Source: Dipteris shenzhenensis (Eukaryota). Taken from it: a stretch of 64,000 bases of DNA. The notes under the pieces are model-generated. The model searched no databases. It had not been told where the DNA came from and was given only the letters and a program-made list of their open reading frames with translations. Where the stretch lies: NCBI GenBank assembly GCA_047967505.1, contig CM106538.1. The stretch is one strand, 5' to 3'. Position 1 is the first letter of the stretch. The number at the start of each line of letters is the position of its first letter. Made by a program: the position numbers and the translations under genes. Of the stretch, positions 36,673 to 51,427 are shown piece after piece.

Positions 36673-38593
36673 ACCACTTTCTAGCCCATGTCTTATCAAG
36701 GAGTTGACCTAGGCTAAGTGCTTTCTTCTTATCCACATCAATTGACTTGCCAGCTAACTCATCATCAAATTTCAATAAAAATAATAGTGCCGAGAGAGCA
36801 GCCTCACTTTGAATCATTCAGGTGACCACTTCATCTAAGTTGCTATGCTTGCTCTTCTTTCCAAAGAAGCAGTCACCACTTAGGATCTTCTTGCATACTT
36901 CTTCTATTATTGCATCTGGAACAAACCTTAAAGCTCTCCACCAAACAATAGACATCGGTTTCTTTATTTCTTTCCTCTGAGTTGCAATGTGCTCTGGTGC
37001 CTCAAAGGATATCTTTCCTATTTCATATGCTTGGCAAACATCCACGATGCTCTGAAACACTGAGTCCTCACAGAAGACAATGCAGGTAACATCCCTGTAT
37101 CTTGCAACGGCGGTGTTCAAATCCTTTGCCTCAACCTTATTACCTGGTATGCCTTGCGTATTGCTTACAACACCTTTCAAGCATCTATAGAACCGAGTCC
37201 TCTTTGCCATGTACTCCGATGTAGGTCTCCTGCCCTTCACTGTTTGTGGCTTTCCACAGCCCATCCATAACTCCCTTGCCTTTATCAAGATCTCAGAAAG
37301 AGAAGAGCTTTTTTTCAACCTAAATGAAGCAGAATTCAGCCTCTCTGATTCTAGAATGTACTTCGAGTCATCATTAAATATGCATATATGACAAATGACT
37401 CGTTGGAACTTTTCCATCCACTCAATCTGTGGCAAGTTTCCTTTTCTTCCCTCATCAAGGGCGATCCTGCAAGCCTCACAAAAGTGTTTCCCATCAATGG
37501 GCTCAAACCTGCATCTTTCTAAGAATCTATTCTTTGCCAGCATGTATCTTTTCTCGATGTCACTCCCATATCGGCTTTGGTACAAAGCCTCTCCATGAAC
37601 AAAGTCACTCCTTCTAAAGTTCTCAAAAGCATCAAGAAAGTCCACGCGCTTTTGAAATGTGACATCAGGCAATGTAGGATCATCTTCTTGAAGTCTCTTA
37701 AACGCCATAGGATGAAGAGTGATATTAGTGGCAACGGGAGTTCTCGTTTTCCTTGTATCTTCATACAATTTGTGTGCAAATATCTTATCGAGCTTTCTTT
37801 GATTTGTGAACAATGAAGCTCGATCAATAAGCATTGTGGCCAGGCTGAATTGTGAAAATCCCCAAATGTATCCCTCATCCTCTGGAGGATGTAAGTCCGC
37901 CACACTTATAGAAAAGTCTTCGAGACTTGTATCTTCTTCTTGCTGATCTTTCTCTTCATCGCTATCCAATTTTTCACCTGGTTTTAAATAGCCTGCACTT
38001 GAGCGATCTCCATGTGGAGTAGGAGTTATTTTTGCTCTCTTTCTGGGAATAGCTATAGCACTTGAGTCTGCTCCACGATCACTCCTTCTTGTTCCTGTAG
38101 TTGCAGCGGTCGATGGCGTAGGTACAGTTGGAGATACTGTAGTTACACTTGTTGGAGTTACCGGAGTTACCGCCACAGATATTGATGGTACTTGAGGGTT
38201 ATATGTTATAGATGGCATACTTAGTGCTGCTGAAGGTTCAACACCACCACTTGGAAATGCATCCCACATTTTCTTCAATGCTTCTAAGGCATTAAGTAAT
38301 TCTTGGGATCCCTCAATTGAACCTAGTAATGGCTTCAAGAAGTGCTTCGGAGTAACTCGTAACTTGTAAACCACCTCGTCATTCTTTCCTTGGCACACAA
38401 TTTCTATCAAATTGTTTTCTTTAATATTGATGTTTGATACCATGCCACCATTTCTTACTGCCTCTGCAGAATATTTCGGGCTTGATATGTTCTCTGAAGT
38501 GATCACCAAAAAATACTTTGATTTGCGCTCCATAAAATACCAAGCATGCTCAATGTATTTGAAAGACACCTTGGAACCAAAACTGGAAGCCAT
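36673..38593 (-). pseudogene. N-terminal ~640 codons of a large protein with ParB/Srx (DGQHR-like) motif pattern
   Basis: 601-aa ORF with a likely ATG at 38593 after an acceptor-like TTTTTCAG at 38609. There is a single TGA at 36818-36820, then the frame continues to the TSD. Motifs NQRKLD...FEPIDGKHFCEAC...VICHICIF..D...ESERLN lie at ~37330-37860. Confidence 0.75.
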
Positions 38594-38844
38594 GGAAGCT
38601 ATAGTTTTCTGAAAAACAATCAAAAATAAAAAATGAGAAATACAATGATTTTCAAACTCAAAATATTAAATAATTTTTAATTAAATATTCTTTTAAGTTT
38701 TATTTATTTTTAATTTTTAAAATAAAATATTTTTTTCTTTTTTAATTATTTTATTTTAATTAATTAGTTTATTTTTATATTTAAAATTTAATTTAATTTT
38801 TTGATTTTTTTTAAGTTTTATTTATTTTAACTTTTTTAATTTTG

Positions 38845-40467
38845 ACGGGACAGGACGAAGGAAAGCGCGGGGAAGGGGGAGTGGGGGGAGCGAGAGGAGA
38901 CGACGGTGGGGACGAGGAGGGGGCGTGGGGCAAGGGAGAGATGGAGGGGGCTCGGGCGGGGAGGGGGAGGCGGAGGGGCATTGCTGCCCCGTAACAGGTG
39001 AGCCCCTCCCCCTCCCCGCTCGCACTCCCTCCCCTTGCCCCACGCCCCCTTACCCTCCCATGCCCACCCCTTGCCCGCCACCTTGTGATGTCCCCCTCCC
39101 CGCCCCTCGCCCGGCCCCTTGCCCTCCCCATGCCCACCTCTTCCCTCAGCCCGCCCCGTGGGGGATCCCCACCTGTTGCGCACGTAACAGATGTCCTCCC
39201 CTCGCCCGCCCCCTTGCCCTCCCTGCCCCTCGCCCGCCCCACGGCCCCCTTCCATCCGCCCACCCCCTTCCTCTCCCCATGCCCCCCCTTCCCTTCCCCT
39301 TGCCCCCTGTTGCGCACGCAATAGGTGAGGGGGGCATCACCCCCCTCCCCGCCCCCCTCGCTCGCTTGCCCTCCCCATGCCCCCCTCCCCTTCCCCCTCC
39401 CCCCCTCCCCTCGCCCGCCACCCCTCCCCTCGTCCTCGCCCGCCCCCTCGCCCCTCCTCCCCCTTGCCCCTCCCCCTCACCCTCGCTCGCCCCCTCGCCC
39501 GCTTGCCCGCCCCCCCTCCCCTTCCCCCTCCCCTCGCCCTCGCCCGCCCCTTCGCCCCTCCTCCCCCCATCCCCCCCCCTCCCCCTTGCCCCTCCCCCCC
39601 ACGCCCTCCACCCCACGCCCCCCCTCGCCCCCCATGCCCCCCCCGCCCTCCGCCCGCCCCCCCCTCACCCCCCCCTTCCCTTGCCCCTCCCCTTCCCTCA
39701 CCACACGCCCCCCCTCGCCCCCCCTTCCCTTGCCCCTCCCCTTCCATCACCACATGTGGTGAGGGAAGGGGAGGGGCAAGGGAAGGGGGGGGCGAGGGGG
39801 GGGGCGGGCGGCACGTGGTGAGGGAAGGGGAGGGGCAAGGGAAGGCGGGGCGAGGGGGGGCGGGCGGAGGGCGAGCGGGGGGGGAGGGGAGGTGGGCGAG
39901 GGGCGGGGAGGGGAGGGGGGCATCGCGGGTGCATCGCCCCCCTCCCCCCCCTCCCCTCGCCTGCCCCCTCCCCTCGCCCTCGCCCCCCCTCCCCTTCCCG
40001 CGCTCCCCCCACACCCCCCCCTTCCCTCTGCCCCCCCAGCCCCCCCCCCCGCGCGCCTGTCCCCCCCCTTCCCTCTGCCCCCCCAACCCCCCCCCCCGCG
40101 CGCCCGCCCCCCCTCCCCTCCGCCCTCCCCACACCCCCCCCAGTGCACCCGCCCCCTTCCGTCGACGGCAAGGGGCGGGCGTGGGGGGGCGTGGGGAGGC
40201 AGCGGAGGGAAGGGGGGGCGGAGGGGTCGACGGTAGGGGGCAGGGGGCAGGGGCGGGGGGGGCATGGGGAGGGCGGGAGGGAAGGGGGGGGCATGGGGAG
40301 GGCGGAGGGGGGGGGCGGAGGGGAGGGAAGGGGGAGGGACGACAAGGAGGGGGAGGGCGGAGGGAGGGGGGCAGAGGGAAGGGGGGAGCGACGACAAGCG
40401 GCAGGGGGGAGGGAAGGAAGGGGGCAGGAGGAGGGAAGGAGGAGGGAGCAGGCAAGGGGAAGGGGCC
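38845..40467. repeat. Extremely GC-rich alternating G-rich/C-rich foldback region
   Basis: C-rich and G-rich blocks are mutually complementary around the palindromic centres TCACCACATGTGGTGA (~39747-39762) and CCGTCGACGG (~40159-40168). Confidence 0.9.
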
Positions 40468-43400
40468 TATGAAGATTGTGGGAGAGAGGGAAGGAGTCTC
40501 ACTTGCGGCTTTCTCACATGCACAATGGGGGAATACACACAAAGGTGGAGGCTAAAAACAGTTTTCCTCTTCTTAGTTGTGAAAGCCAAAAGAACTCTTG
40601 TACAAAAAAATAGAAGAACCCTATATGTGGGTCTCAAAACCAAACTCAACTAACTAAGGTGGCATACTAACTGAGCCACGAACTAGTGTAGATAAGGATA
40701 GCTGTCATCCAGCTATTATTCGTGGGCGGTGTACCAACCGCATCTCCAGTAACAAGTCGGTGACATAAATGCACAACAGTCACCCTGGCATATCGCGAGT
40801 GGAGCTCGATATCTCAACACTCCCCCTCGAGCTCAATCCCAATTCCTGCACACCAAGCAGGTCTCTGAACTTGTGTAGCTTCTCTGCGCCCAATGCTTTC
40901 GTGAATATGTCAGCTACCTGATCCTCTGTGCTAACATAAACTAGATCAATAAGACCTAGTAAAACCTTCTCCCGCACATAGTGATAATGCACCTCAATGT
41001 GCTTTGTTCTAGCATGAAAGACTGGGTTCTTTGCTAAGTGTATGCTGCTCATGTTGTCACAATAAATGACAACTGGCCCATCTGTAGACTGATGCATATC
41101 ATAGAGTAGCTTATGCAACCAAGCTACCTCACATGCAGCCATTGCTGCACCTCTGTACTCAGCCTCTGTGCTCGACAAGGAAACTGTAGGATGTTTCTTG
41201 CTACTCCAAGTGACTGCAGCACTCCCAAAAGAGAACACATATCCACTGGTACATCGCCTATCAGAAATACTACCAGCCCAATCAGCATCAGTGTATCCAT
41301 GCAACTGTATCTGAACCCCAGCCTCATAAAATAGTCCATACTGCAATGTGGACTTCACATACCTGAGTATGCGTCTAGCCGCATCCAAATGCGGTTTCCT
41401 TGGAGCCTGCATAAACTAACTTACCAACCCAACAACATAAAGCTCAAATCTGGCCTGGTAATAGTCATGTAAATCAAACTTCCTACTATGCGTCTGTACA
41501 TAGTAGGGTCTTCCAGAAGCTCACTTGCATCTGTGCTCAGCTTCACATTCTGCTCCAAAGGAACTGAAATAGGCTTACAGCCTGTCATCCCATATTTGGA
41601 CAGCATGTCCAATCCATACTGCCTCTGCAAGATCTGTATCCCACTTGGTGATCTAATCACCTCAATGCCCAAGAAATAACGCAGCTCTCCCAAATCCTTC
41701 ATCTCAAACTTCTGCCTCAATAGCATTTTCACATGAAGGATATCTTCATCACTATCACCTGTGATGATCAAATCATCAACATAAATGACCAGCAGCATAA
41801 TCCCTTTCTCTGTTTTTCTCACATAGAGTGAGAAATCTGCCTTGGAAATCTGAAAGCCAATAGTGACAAGATACTGTCATATCTTGTCAGACCATGCTCT
41901 AGGTGCTTGCTTCAAGCCATACAAGGCTTTCTTCAACCTGCAAACAAACTCAGGATGAGTAGCATGAACATAACCTGTTAGCTGCTCCATAAAGACCTCT
42001 TCTTGCAAATCACCATGCAAGAAGGCATTCTTTACATCCATCTGATGTAAAGACCATCCCTTTGATGCAGCCATAGCAATGGCTGCTCTTACGGTTGCCA
42101 TCCTTGCAACTGGGCTAAAAGTTTCTTCATAATCAATGCCATATGTCTGTGCATACCCCTTGACAACTAATCTTGCCTTGTATCTATTCACAGAACCATC
42201 TGCATTGTGCTTGATCTTATAAACCCACTTACAACCAATTGCATTCTTGCCTTTAGGTAAAGGCACCAATTCCCATGTAGCATTAGCATCCAAGGCATCC
42301 ATTTCTTCATCCATGGCTTTCTCCCATTTTTCTTTTCCCATGGCTTGCTCAAAAGAAGTGGGTTCTTGTTCCTGTATCACTTTGACCATATAGGCATAGT
42401 GAATGGCTGTAAATCCATCATATTTTAGCCTATCCACAAGATACCTAACCCTGGTAGACCTGCGCAAAATAGGCTCACTTCCAGGTGCTCTCAAAACATC
42501 CCTGGTCTTCCTTACTCCAGGTGTAACAACAGAAGGAATACCCAACTCATCATCAATGCTCTATTCTGAGCCACTGGATTCACCATCCACACAAGAGTGA
42601 CCTGCATTCACATCAAACATGGGCTGATCTACCTTCTCTTTCCCTTTTCGTGATACCTGCGTACCACTCTCTGCACTCCTTTGAGGGGATTCTCCTGATC
42701 TCAATCTGCCTGTCCATGGCGAAGTATGTGAACCACTGGTAGAGGACACTCCAGGTCCACTGATATTTTGTGATTGCTGCTGTGCATTCTGTGCAGCATT
42801 ACCATTTTGTGCATCTACATTAATCATCACATTTACTGGTTTATACCAGCTGCTCATCTCATCAAAAACAACATCTTTGCTCACTGTGAACTTACGTGTA
42901 GAAGGGTCATAGCATCTATACCCTTTCTGCTGAGCAGAGAATAACCAATAAAGACGCACTTCTCAGCTTTTGGATCCAACTTGGACCTCAACTCATCTGG
43001 CACATGGACATAGGCAATGCAACCAAAAATCTTCAAATGAGAAATATTTGGTTTCCTACCAGTATACACCTCCTCTGGCGTCATGCCATGTATTGCTGCA
43101 GTGGGAGTCCTATTCATTATATAGACTGCTATAGCAACTGCTCCAATAATAATCTGGTAGATCTTTTTCATTTAGCATAGCCCAAGATACCTCTCCAATA
43201 TGCCTGTTTTTTCTTTCTGCAATTCCATTTTGCTGTGGGGTATGACTGCATGAATATTGCTGCTTTATACCATGCTCCTGCAAGAACCTTGCAAACTCAT
43301 TTGAGAGGTACTCTCCCCCTCCATCTGACCTTAGGCATTTTATTTGCAGGCCTGTTTCTTTTTCAACCATAGCTTTGAAAGCTTTGAAGTGCCCAAACAC

Positions 43401-46400
43401 TTCACTTTTCTTTTTCATAAAATACACCCACAATTTTCTGCTGAAGTCATCAATAAATGTGACAAAATAGTGACAGCCTCCAATAGATGCAGCTTTTGTA
43501 GTCCACACATCAGAGTGGATTAATTCCAATGGCTTTTTACTCTCTTGAACATGCCTAGGAAAAGGTTTCCTTGCCTGTTTCCCAAATTGAGAGGCTTCAC
43601 AAACCTTGTGCATTTCTGCAACCTTGAATTTAGGCAATCCTGCAACAATATTTTGGGCTTGCATTGATTTAAGTCGCTGTATATTAACATGACCAATGCG
43701 TTTGTGCCAGATATCAATATCTGCAACTACACCAGTCCCATGTGCAAACATTGCTGCACTCAATTCAGGCATGTCTGCATCCAATGTAAACATCCTGCCC
43801 TTCTTCTTTCCTTTTGCTATCAAGCGACCATTATTTTTCATATCCTCAACAAAGCATCCATGAGGATTAAATCTGACCTGCAAGCCCTGCTCAACCATCT
43901 GACCAACAAAAACTAGGTTCTTGGTGATGTTCGGGACATGAAATACCTGAGACAAGTATTTCTTTTTCCCATCCTGCATAGACAAAGGAATTTTGCCAAT
44001 CTGCACAATAGGATGTGCAGTATCATCACCAGTCTCCACAAATCCTGGCTTTTCCATCTTCCTTGCATCTTGCATCCATTCTGCATGACCTGTCATGAGG
44101 ATTACCAAAAAGTGAGCGGAGAAAAGCGAGCAGCCCCAAATAAGCGAGCAAGATTAAGTAGGTTTCAAGCGAGCGAGAACCTCATCCAGCATCTTATTCC
44201 CCTCAATATCATTGGAACAATTGATGTGATCATAAGCAAATTAAACATATTCCAACAATGAAGGCATGCCTGAAACTCACAATTAACTTCTCTTTCATCC
44301 CCATACTATCAATTTGAGTCGTTGTGGAGAGGTAGAGACATAAGAATACATAAAATTTGCGATAAAAAAAGCAAACACTACTGAGATTGAACATCCACAC
44401 AGCAAGATAATGATAGATCACAAGCTAGAATATATGACTGAAAATATGTAAACATGATCATGTGCTACATATACATATCATGTCTTTTATGCTTGCAGAA
44501 GATCATCCATACATTCGATCCAAAAACATGGAAATAGAACTAACTATGTCAAAAGAAAAAAAACACATTTTCATCATAAGCATTAATTTTGCTTAGTGAA
44601 AATACCAATGTAATCTGGACAATACCATGCTTTACAAAACTTAGGGAGCCAAAAAAGGATTTTAGCCCTCCATACTTCTATTATGACCAATGTCTGAATG
44701 ATAGTTCTATCGGAACTAGAAATGAATGCATCTAACCACTATGTTGAGTGCTCATCCAGTATCCTGTAGACTATTATGTTAAACTCAATACGTGACCATA
44801 AACTCAAGCATAAGAGGAGCATGATTCAAGTGAAATAATTGGCCGACACTCTGTAACTAGTATCCTACTGCATCTAACAAAAAATATGCACCAGGTGTTA
44901 ACAAGCTTCTATTTCCACCCCTATAAGCAAACTCGTATCCTGTAGTATGAAAAACTTTAAGGAAAACATTGCACTTAATGCATCAATTAAGCCAGTGACT
45001 ACTCATGATGCACAATCGAACAATCATCAAGGAAAGTCTAGTCAAGCAAGTTGAAGCAAAAAACCAAATATCTATTTGGATCTATGCCGTGGTGTATCCG
45101 CCGACCATGAGTAGCAAAAAAACCTATGAAAAAAGCAAAATAGGGATTATGCCACTCTACCATGATCACTTCCATGCTACAAATAAGGGAATACATAGTC
45201 GTTTTAGGGTACTTTTAGGGTTCATTCCCAACCACTAAAAAGAGAGCCAATGCTATCTATTTGTATTCATAAAATCTTTATGAACATTATCATGTTCAAT
45301 ATAAGGATAGGAGCCAGCTCAATGGGTAGTCTTAAACAAATATAAATACTATTCGAATTTTAACCTTATGCAAAAGCTTTTTTTAAACACAAAGTAAAAC
45401 TTGATTATACATATAGATGGGAATCAGGTCACCATTGTAAGTATGTATTTAGTAATTAAGTTGAAAATATTCCCTTAGAAAAATATCTCAATCAACATAG
45501 TACCCATATTATATATCCAAAATTTATAAGATCTCATTCATACCATTAGATTGTTTTCATCACTTGTCATGAGTACTAACCTCAATTGGCATTATGTATT
45601 TGGGTCAAAATAGTTTTTAGTATAGGATATAATGGAGCAATACATTTATGTAATATCTAGTGATCATAGTTTTTAATATAGGATAAAATGGAGCATAGAG
45701 TAATCTTGTCATTCAAAAATGATAATATACCTTCCTTGACCATATACAAGTATCATGCATTCATAAAAAAAGTTAGTCATAAACTACAATATAATGTGCC
45801 CATAATGCATGTACATTAAATCTTCACATGTTAGAATGTGAGAAAGGGAATAATTTAACTATGAAATCAGGGATCAATGTAGGAAATGGTCTTCTATGCA
45901 CACATATATGCTAAGGGTCCATCTAATACAATATTGGAAATTGATGTGAGTATAGGTGTATGCATCCATCAGTGATTTATATGAGTGTATGCATCCATTT
46001 GTGATGTATATTGTTGTACTAATCCATGGTGCTTTACCGCTTGAGTTGTTTGTAGCCCAATTAATCACAACAACGTTGTATTTTTTAAAAGAAAAATGCC
46101 ATAAAAATTTCATGCTGCAAAACACACAAAAAAAAAAAGGCACTTGTAGCATTAATCCAAGCATTTCCTACAAGCAATCTCCATCCCTCCCTTTCCTGCA
46201 TACTCTTTTGGCCACCTCCACCCTCTCGTTGCCCTTCAAGACTGCCTCTTGCCTCCTCGCCTCCTTGCTTCCTCACCTCCTCACCTCCTTGCTTCTTTGC
46301 CTTCTCACCTCCTTGCATCATGCTTGTTGCTGGCAATTCCAAGGCTGTCCCTCCCCTCATTGGCCAGCTCCTCTACTCCTCATGTCATCCTTCTCCTCAT

Positions 46401-47149
46401 TTTGGTGTCTCCGATGAATAGCTTGGGGATCTTGTTTTTGGAGGGGGGAAGCATAAGAATGGCAACACCTTAATGCGCTGTCATTTTTCATGCTTTTGCC
46501 ACCCAAAAACAAGACCTGCAAATCCCTTGCTTAAGCTTGAATGAGCCTCTTGATTTTGGGCGTGTTAAGCCATTTTTGACCATCATACCCCCAAAATCAA
46601 GAGGCTCATTCAAGCTTAAGCAAGGGCTTTGCAAGCATTGCAAGTCCTGTAAGTGAAATCAATTAGATTAGGAATTGGCAAACTCAATTTGGGAATGGTC
46701 AGAAATACTTTGTCTTTGAATAATGCCTTGGATCATGGGATGGGGTCCCATGAACTTGCTGCTTGTGATGACGAATGGTTCTGCCCTCGACTAAAGGTGA
46801 TGTGTGTAGTAGTAAAAGGATAGCCCTCATGGAATCTCTAAGGGGTCTTGATTTTGGCCATGATTTGCACATTCTAGCACTTGAGCCATACATCAATTTC
46901 CAACACTTGAGGCATATAGTGGCTTTGCCCACGCAACGTTTCCAACTGCAATCCAAGCATCAAGCAATCTCATATTCTATATCCAGAGACATCATGAGGG
47001 GTAGAGCCTCTTTTTGGTAGTCTCACTAGCAATATGTATTGAAAAAAAAAATGTATTCAATTATTATATTCTTCCTTGCTATATGAATGCTCTTAATGCA
47101 TCCAAATTGTAGAACTACTTCAATACTACTTCTTAGTTATATTGTATAG

Positions 47150-47904
47150 TAACCTCCATATGTATGCTCGTGAGACAACAAAAAGAGACCTGGCAACCCA
47201 AAAATGATAGCACATTGATGCGCTGCCATTTTTGGGCTACCAGGCCTCTCTTTTAATGTCTCCTGAACATAAGAACAAGCACTTGTGTTCCTTACCTTTC
47301 TTTCCAATGGGGGTCTTGATTTTGGGGGTGTATGCCAAAAATTGATAAACAACATTATTTGCATATAGCTTTATTAAATCGATAAAATAGGCATGAAAAC
47401 ATCTAAATTGGCTCTTGCCATTTGATTTGATGTATGACATGAGCCCATTTGGATTTGTAATTCCAAAGATACGGGGTCTTACTTTTAGGGCTTGAATGCC
47501 TGAAATAGGCAGCGTGTCAATGCGCTGCCTATTTCATACATTTAGGCCTCAAAAGTAGGACCCCATGTAGGACCAAATGAGGTCCTACTTTTGGGGCCTA
47601 AATACATGAAATGGGTAGCACATTGACAAGCTACCTATTTTAGGGATTCAGGCCCTAAAAGTAGGACCCCGTATCTTTGGACTTACAAATCCCAATGGGA
47701 TCATGTCCTATATCAAATCGAACGGCAAGAGCCAATTTTTATGGTTTTCATGCCTATTTTCTCCATCAATCAAAACTGTATGAATAAATATATACATCAA
47801 GATATGCATCAATATATGCATCAATATATACATATGTATGTATGTATGTATATATATATATATATACATACATACATACATACATACATGTGTGTGTATA
47901 CACA

Positions 47905-47952
<48 letters not shown>

Positions 47953-48454
47953 CACATATAGATATATATGTATGTATATACATACATATATACATACAAC
48001 AAAATGGGGGTCTTGATTTTGGGGGGGGGTATGCTAAAAATTGATAAACAACATTATTTGATGAATATAGTTTTAGTTGATGGAGAAAATGGACATGAAA
48101 ACCATCTAAATTGGATCTTGCCATTCGATTTGATATATGACATGACCCCACTCGGATATACAAGTCCAAAGATACAGGGTGCTACTTTTAGGGTCTGAAT
48201 GCCTAAAATAAGCGGCGCGTTAACACGCTGCCTATTTCATGCATTTACGCCTCAAAAGTAGGACCCCATTGGCAACTTTCAGGCATTCAGTCCCTAAAAG
48301 TAGGACCCCGTATCTTTGGACTTACAAATCTAAATGGGGTCATGTCATATATCAAATCAAACCCAATTTAGATGATTTTCATGTCCATTTTCTCCATATA
48401 TCAAAATTCTATGCATCAATATATACATCAATATATACATATATGCATCAACAT

Positions 48455-48534
<80 letters not shown>

Positions 48535-49219
48535 CTGTATGTATGTACGTATGTATGTATGTATGTATGTATGTATGTACATGCATATATATACATACAT
48601 ACATACATACAAACATCAAAAGTAAGACCCCATTGGTTTCCCATGTCATGCATTTTGTTGTCTCATGAGCATAAGAACAAGCACTTGTGTTCTTTACCTT
48701 TCTTTGCAATGGGGGTCTTGATTTTGGGGGGGTATGCCAAAAATTAATCAATAACATTATTTGATGAATATAGTTTTAGTTGATGGAGAAAATGGACATG
48801 AAAACCATCTAAAGTGGATCTTGCTGTTCGATTTGATATATGACATGACCCCATTTGGATATGCAAGTCCACCAAAGATAGGGGTACTACTTTTAGGGCC
48901 TGAATGCCTAAAATAGGCAGCGCGTTAACGCGCTCCCTATTTCATGCATTTAGGCCTCAAAAGTAGGACCCCATTGTGTTGCCAATGGGGTCCTACTTTT
49001 GAGGCCTAAATGCATGAAATAGGCAGCGCGTTAACGCGCTGCCTATTTCAGGCATTCAGGCCCTAAAAGTAGGACCCCGTATCTTTGGACTTACAAATCC
49101 AAATGGGGTCATGTTATATATCAAATCAAACGGCAAGAGCCAGTTTAGATGATATTCATGTCCATTTTCTCCATATATCAAAATTGTATGCATCAATATA
49201 TACATATATACATCAACAT

Positions 49220-49270
<51 letters not shown>

Positions 49271-49936
49271 GATGTATGTATGTACGTACATGCATATATA
49301 TACATACATACATACATACATACATACAAACATCAAAAGTAAGACCCCATTGGTTTCCCATGTCATGCATTTTGTTGTCTCATGAGCATAAGAACAAGCA
49401 CTTGTGTTCTTTACCTTTCTTTGCAATGGGGGTCTTGATTTTGGGGGGGTATGCAAAAAATTGATCAATAACAATATTTGATGAATATAGTTTTAGTTGA
49501 TGGAGAAAATGGACATGAAAACCATCTAAAGTGGATCTTGCCGTTCGATTTGATATATGACATGACCCCATTTGGATATGCAAGTCCAAAGATACGGGGT
49601 ACTACTTTTAGGGCCTGAATGCCTAAAATAGGCAGCGTGTTAACGCGCTCCCTATTTCATGCATTTAGGCCTCAAAAGTAGGACCCCATTGTGTTGCCAA
49701 TAGGGTCCTAATTTTGAGGCCTAAATGCATGAAATAGGCAGCGTGTTAACGCGCTGCCTATTTCAGGCATTCAGGTCCTAAAAGTAGGACCCCGTATCTT
49801 TGGACTTACAAATCCAAATGGGGTCATGTTATATATCAAATCAAACGGCAAGAGCTAGTTTAGATGATTTTCATGTCCATTTTCTCCATATATCAAAATT
49901 TTATGCATCAATATATACATATATGCATCAACATAT

Positions 49937-50004
<68 letters not shown>

Positions 50005-50665
50005 GTACGTACATGCATATATATACATACATACATACATACATACAGCCAAACATCAAAAGTAAGACCCCATTGGTTTCCCATGTCATGCATTTTGTTG
50101 TCTCATGAGCATAAGAACAAGCACTTGTGTTCTTTACCTTTCTTCGCAATGGGGGTTTTGATTTTCGGGGGGTATGCCAAAAATTGATCAACAACATTAT
50201 TTGATGAATATCGTTTTAGTTGATGGAGAAAATGGACATGCAAACCATCTAAATTGGATCTTGCCATTCGATTTGATATATGACATGACCCCATTTGGAT
50301 ATGCAAGTCCAAAGATACGGGGTACTATTTTTAGGGCCTGAATGCCTAAAATAGGCAGCGCGTTAACACATTCCCTATTTCATTCATTTAGGCCTCAAAA
50401 GTAGGACCCCATTGTGTTGCCAATGGGGTCCTACTTTTGAGGCCTAAATGCATGAAATAGGGAGCGCGTTAACGCGCTGCCTATTTTAGGCATTTAGGCC
50501 CTAAAAGTAGGACCCCGTATCTTTGGACTTACAAATCCAAATGGGGTCATGTTATATATCAAATCAAACGGCAAGAGCCAATTTAGATGATATTCATGTC
50601 CATTTTCTCCATATATCAAAATTGTATGCATCAATATATACATATATGCATCAACATATACATAC

Positions 50666-50722
<57 letters not shown>

Positions 50723-51384
50723 TGTATGTATGTACGTACATGCATATATATACATACATACATACATACATACATACAAACATCAAAAGTAAGACCCCAT
50801 TGGTTTCCCATGTCATGCATTTTGTTGTCTCATGAGCATAAGAACAAGCACTTGTGTTCTTTACCTTTCTTTGCAATGGGGGTCTTGATTTTGGGGGGGT
50901 ATGCAAAAAATTAATCAATAACAATATTTGATTAATATAGTTTTAGTTGATGGAGAAAATGGACATGAAAACCATCTAAAGTGGATCTTGCCGTTCGATT
51001 TGATATATGACACGACCCCATTTGGATAAGCAAGTCCAAAGATACGGGGTACTACTTTTAGGGCCTGAATGCCTAAAATAGGCAGCGTGTTAACGCGCTC
51101 CCTATTTCATGCATTTAGGCCTCAAAAGTAGGACCCCATTGTGTTGCCAATGGGGTCCTACTTTTGAGGCCTAAATGCATGAAATAGGCAGCGCGTTAAC
51201 GCGCTGCCTATTTCAGGCATTCAGGTCCTAAAAGTAGGACCCCGTATCTTTGGACTTACAAATCCAAATGGGGTCATGTTATATATCAAATCAAACGGCA
51301 AGAGCTAGTTTAGATGATTTTCATGTCCATTTTCTCCATATATCAAAATTGTATGCATCAATATATACATATATGCATCAACAT

Positions 51385-51427
<43 letters not shown>

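Noticed and set aside
38811-40653. Many long Pro/Gly/Arg-rich ORFs (up to 401 aa) on both strands
   Set aside because: They arise from stop-free G/C low-complexity foldback DNA, are open in nearly all frames, and some run into a copia LTR.
44230-47020. Captured host exons inside the MULE
   Set aside because: Only short ORFs with no recognisable motifs were found. This cannot be supported without a BLASTX search.
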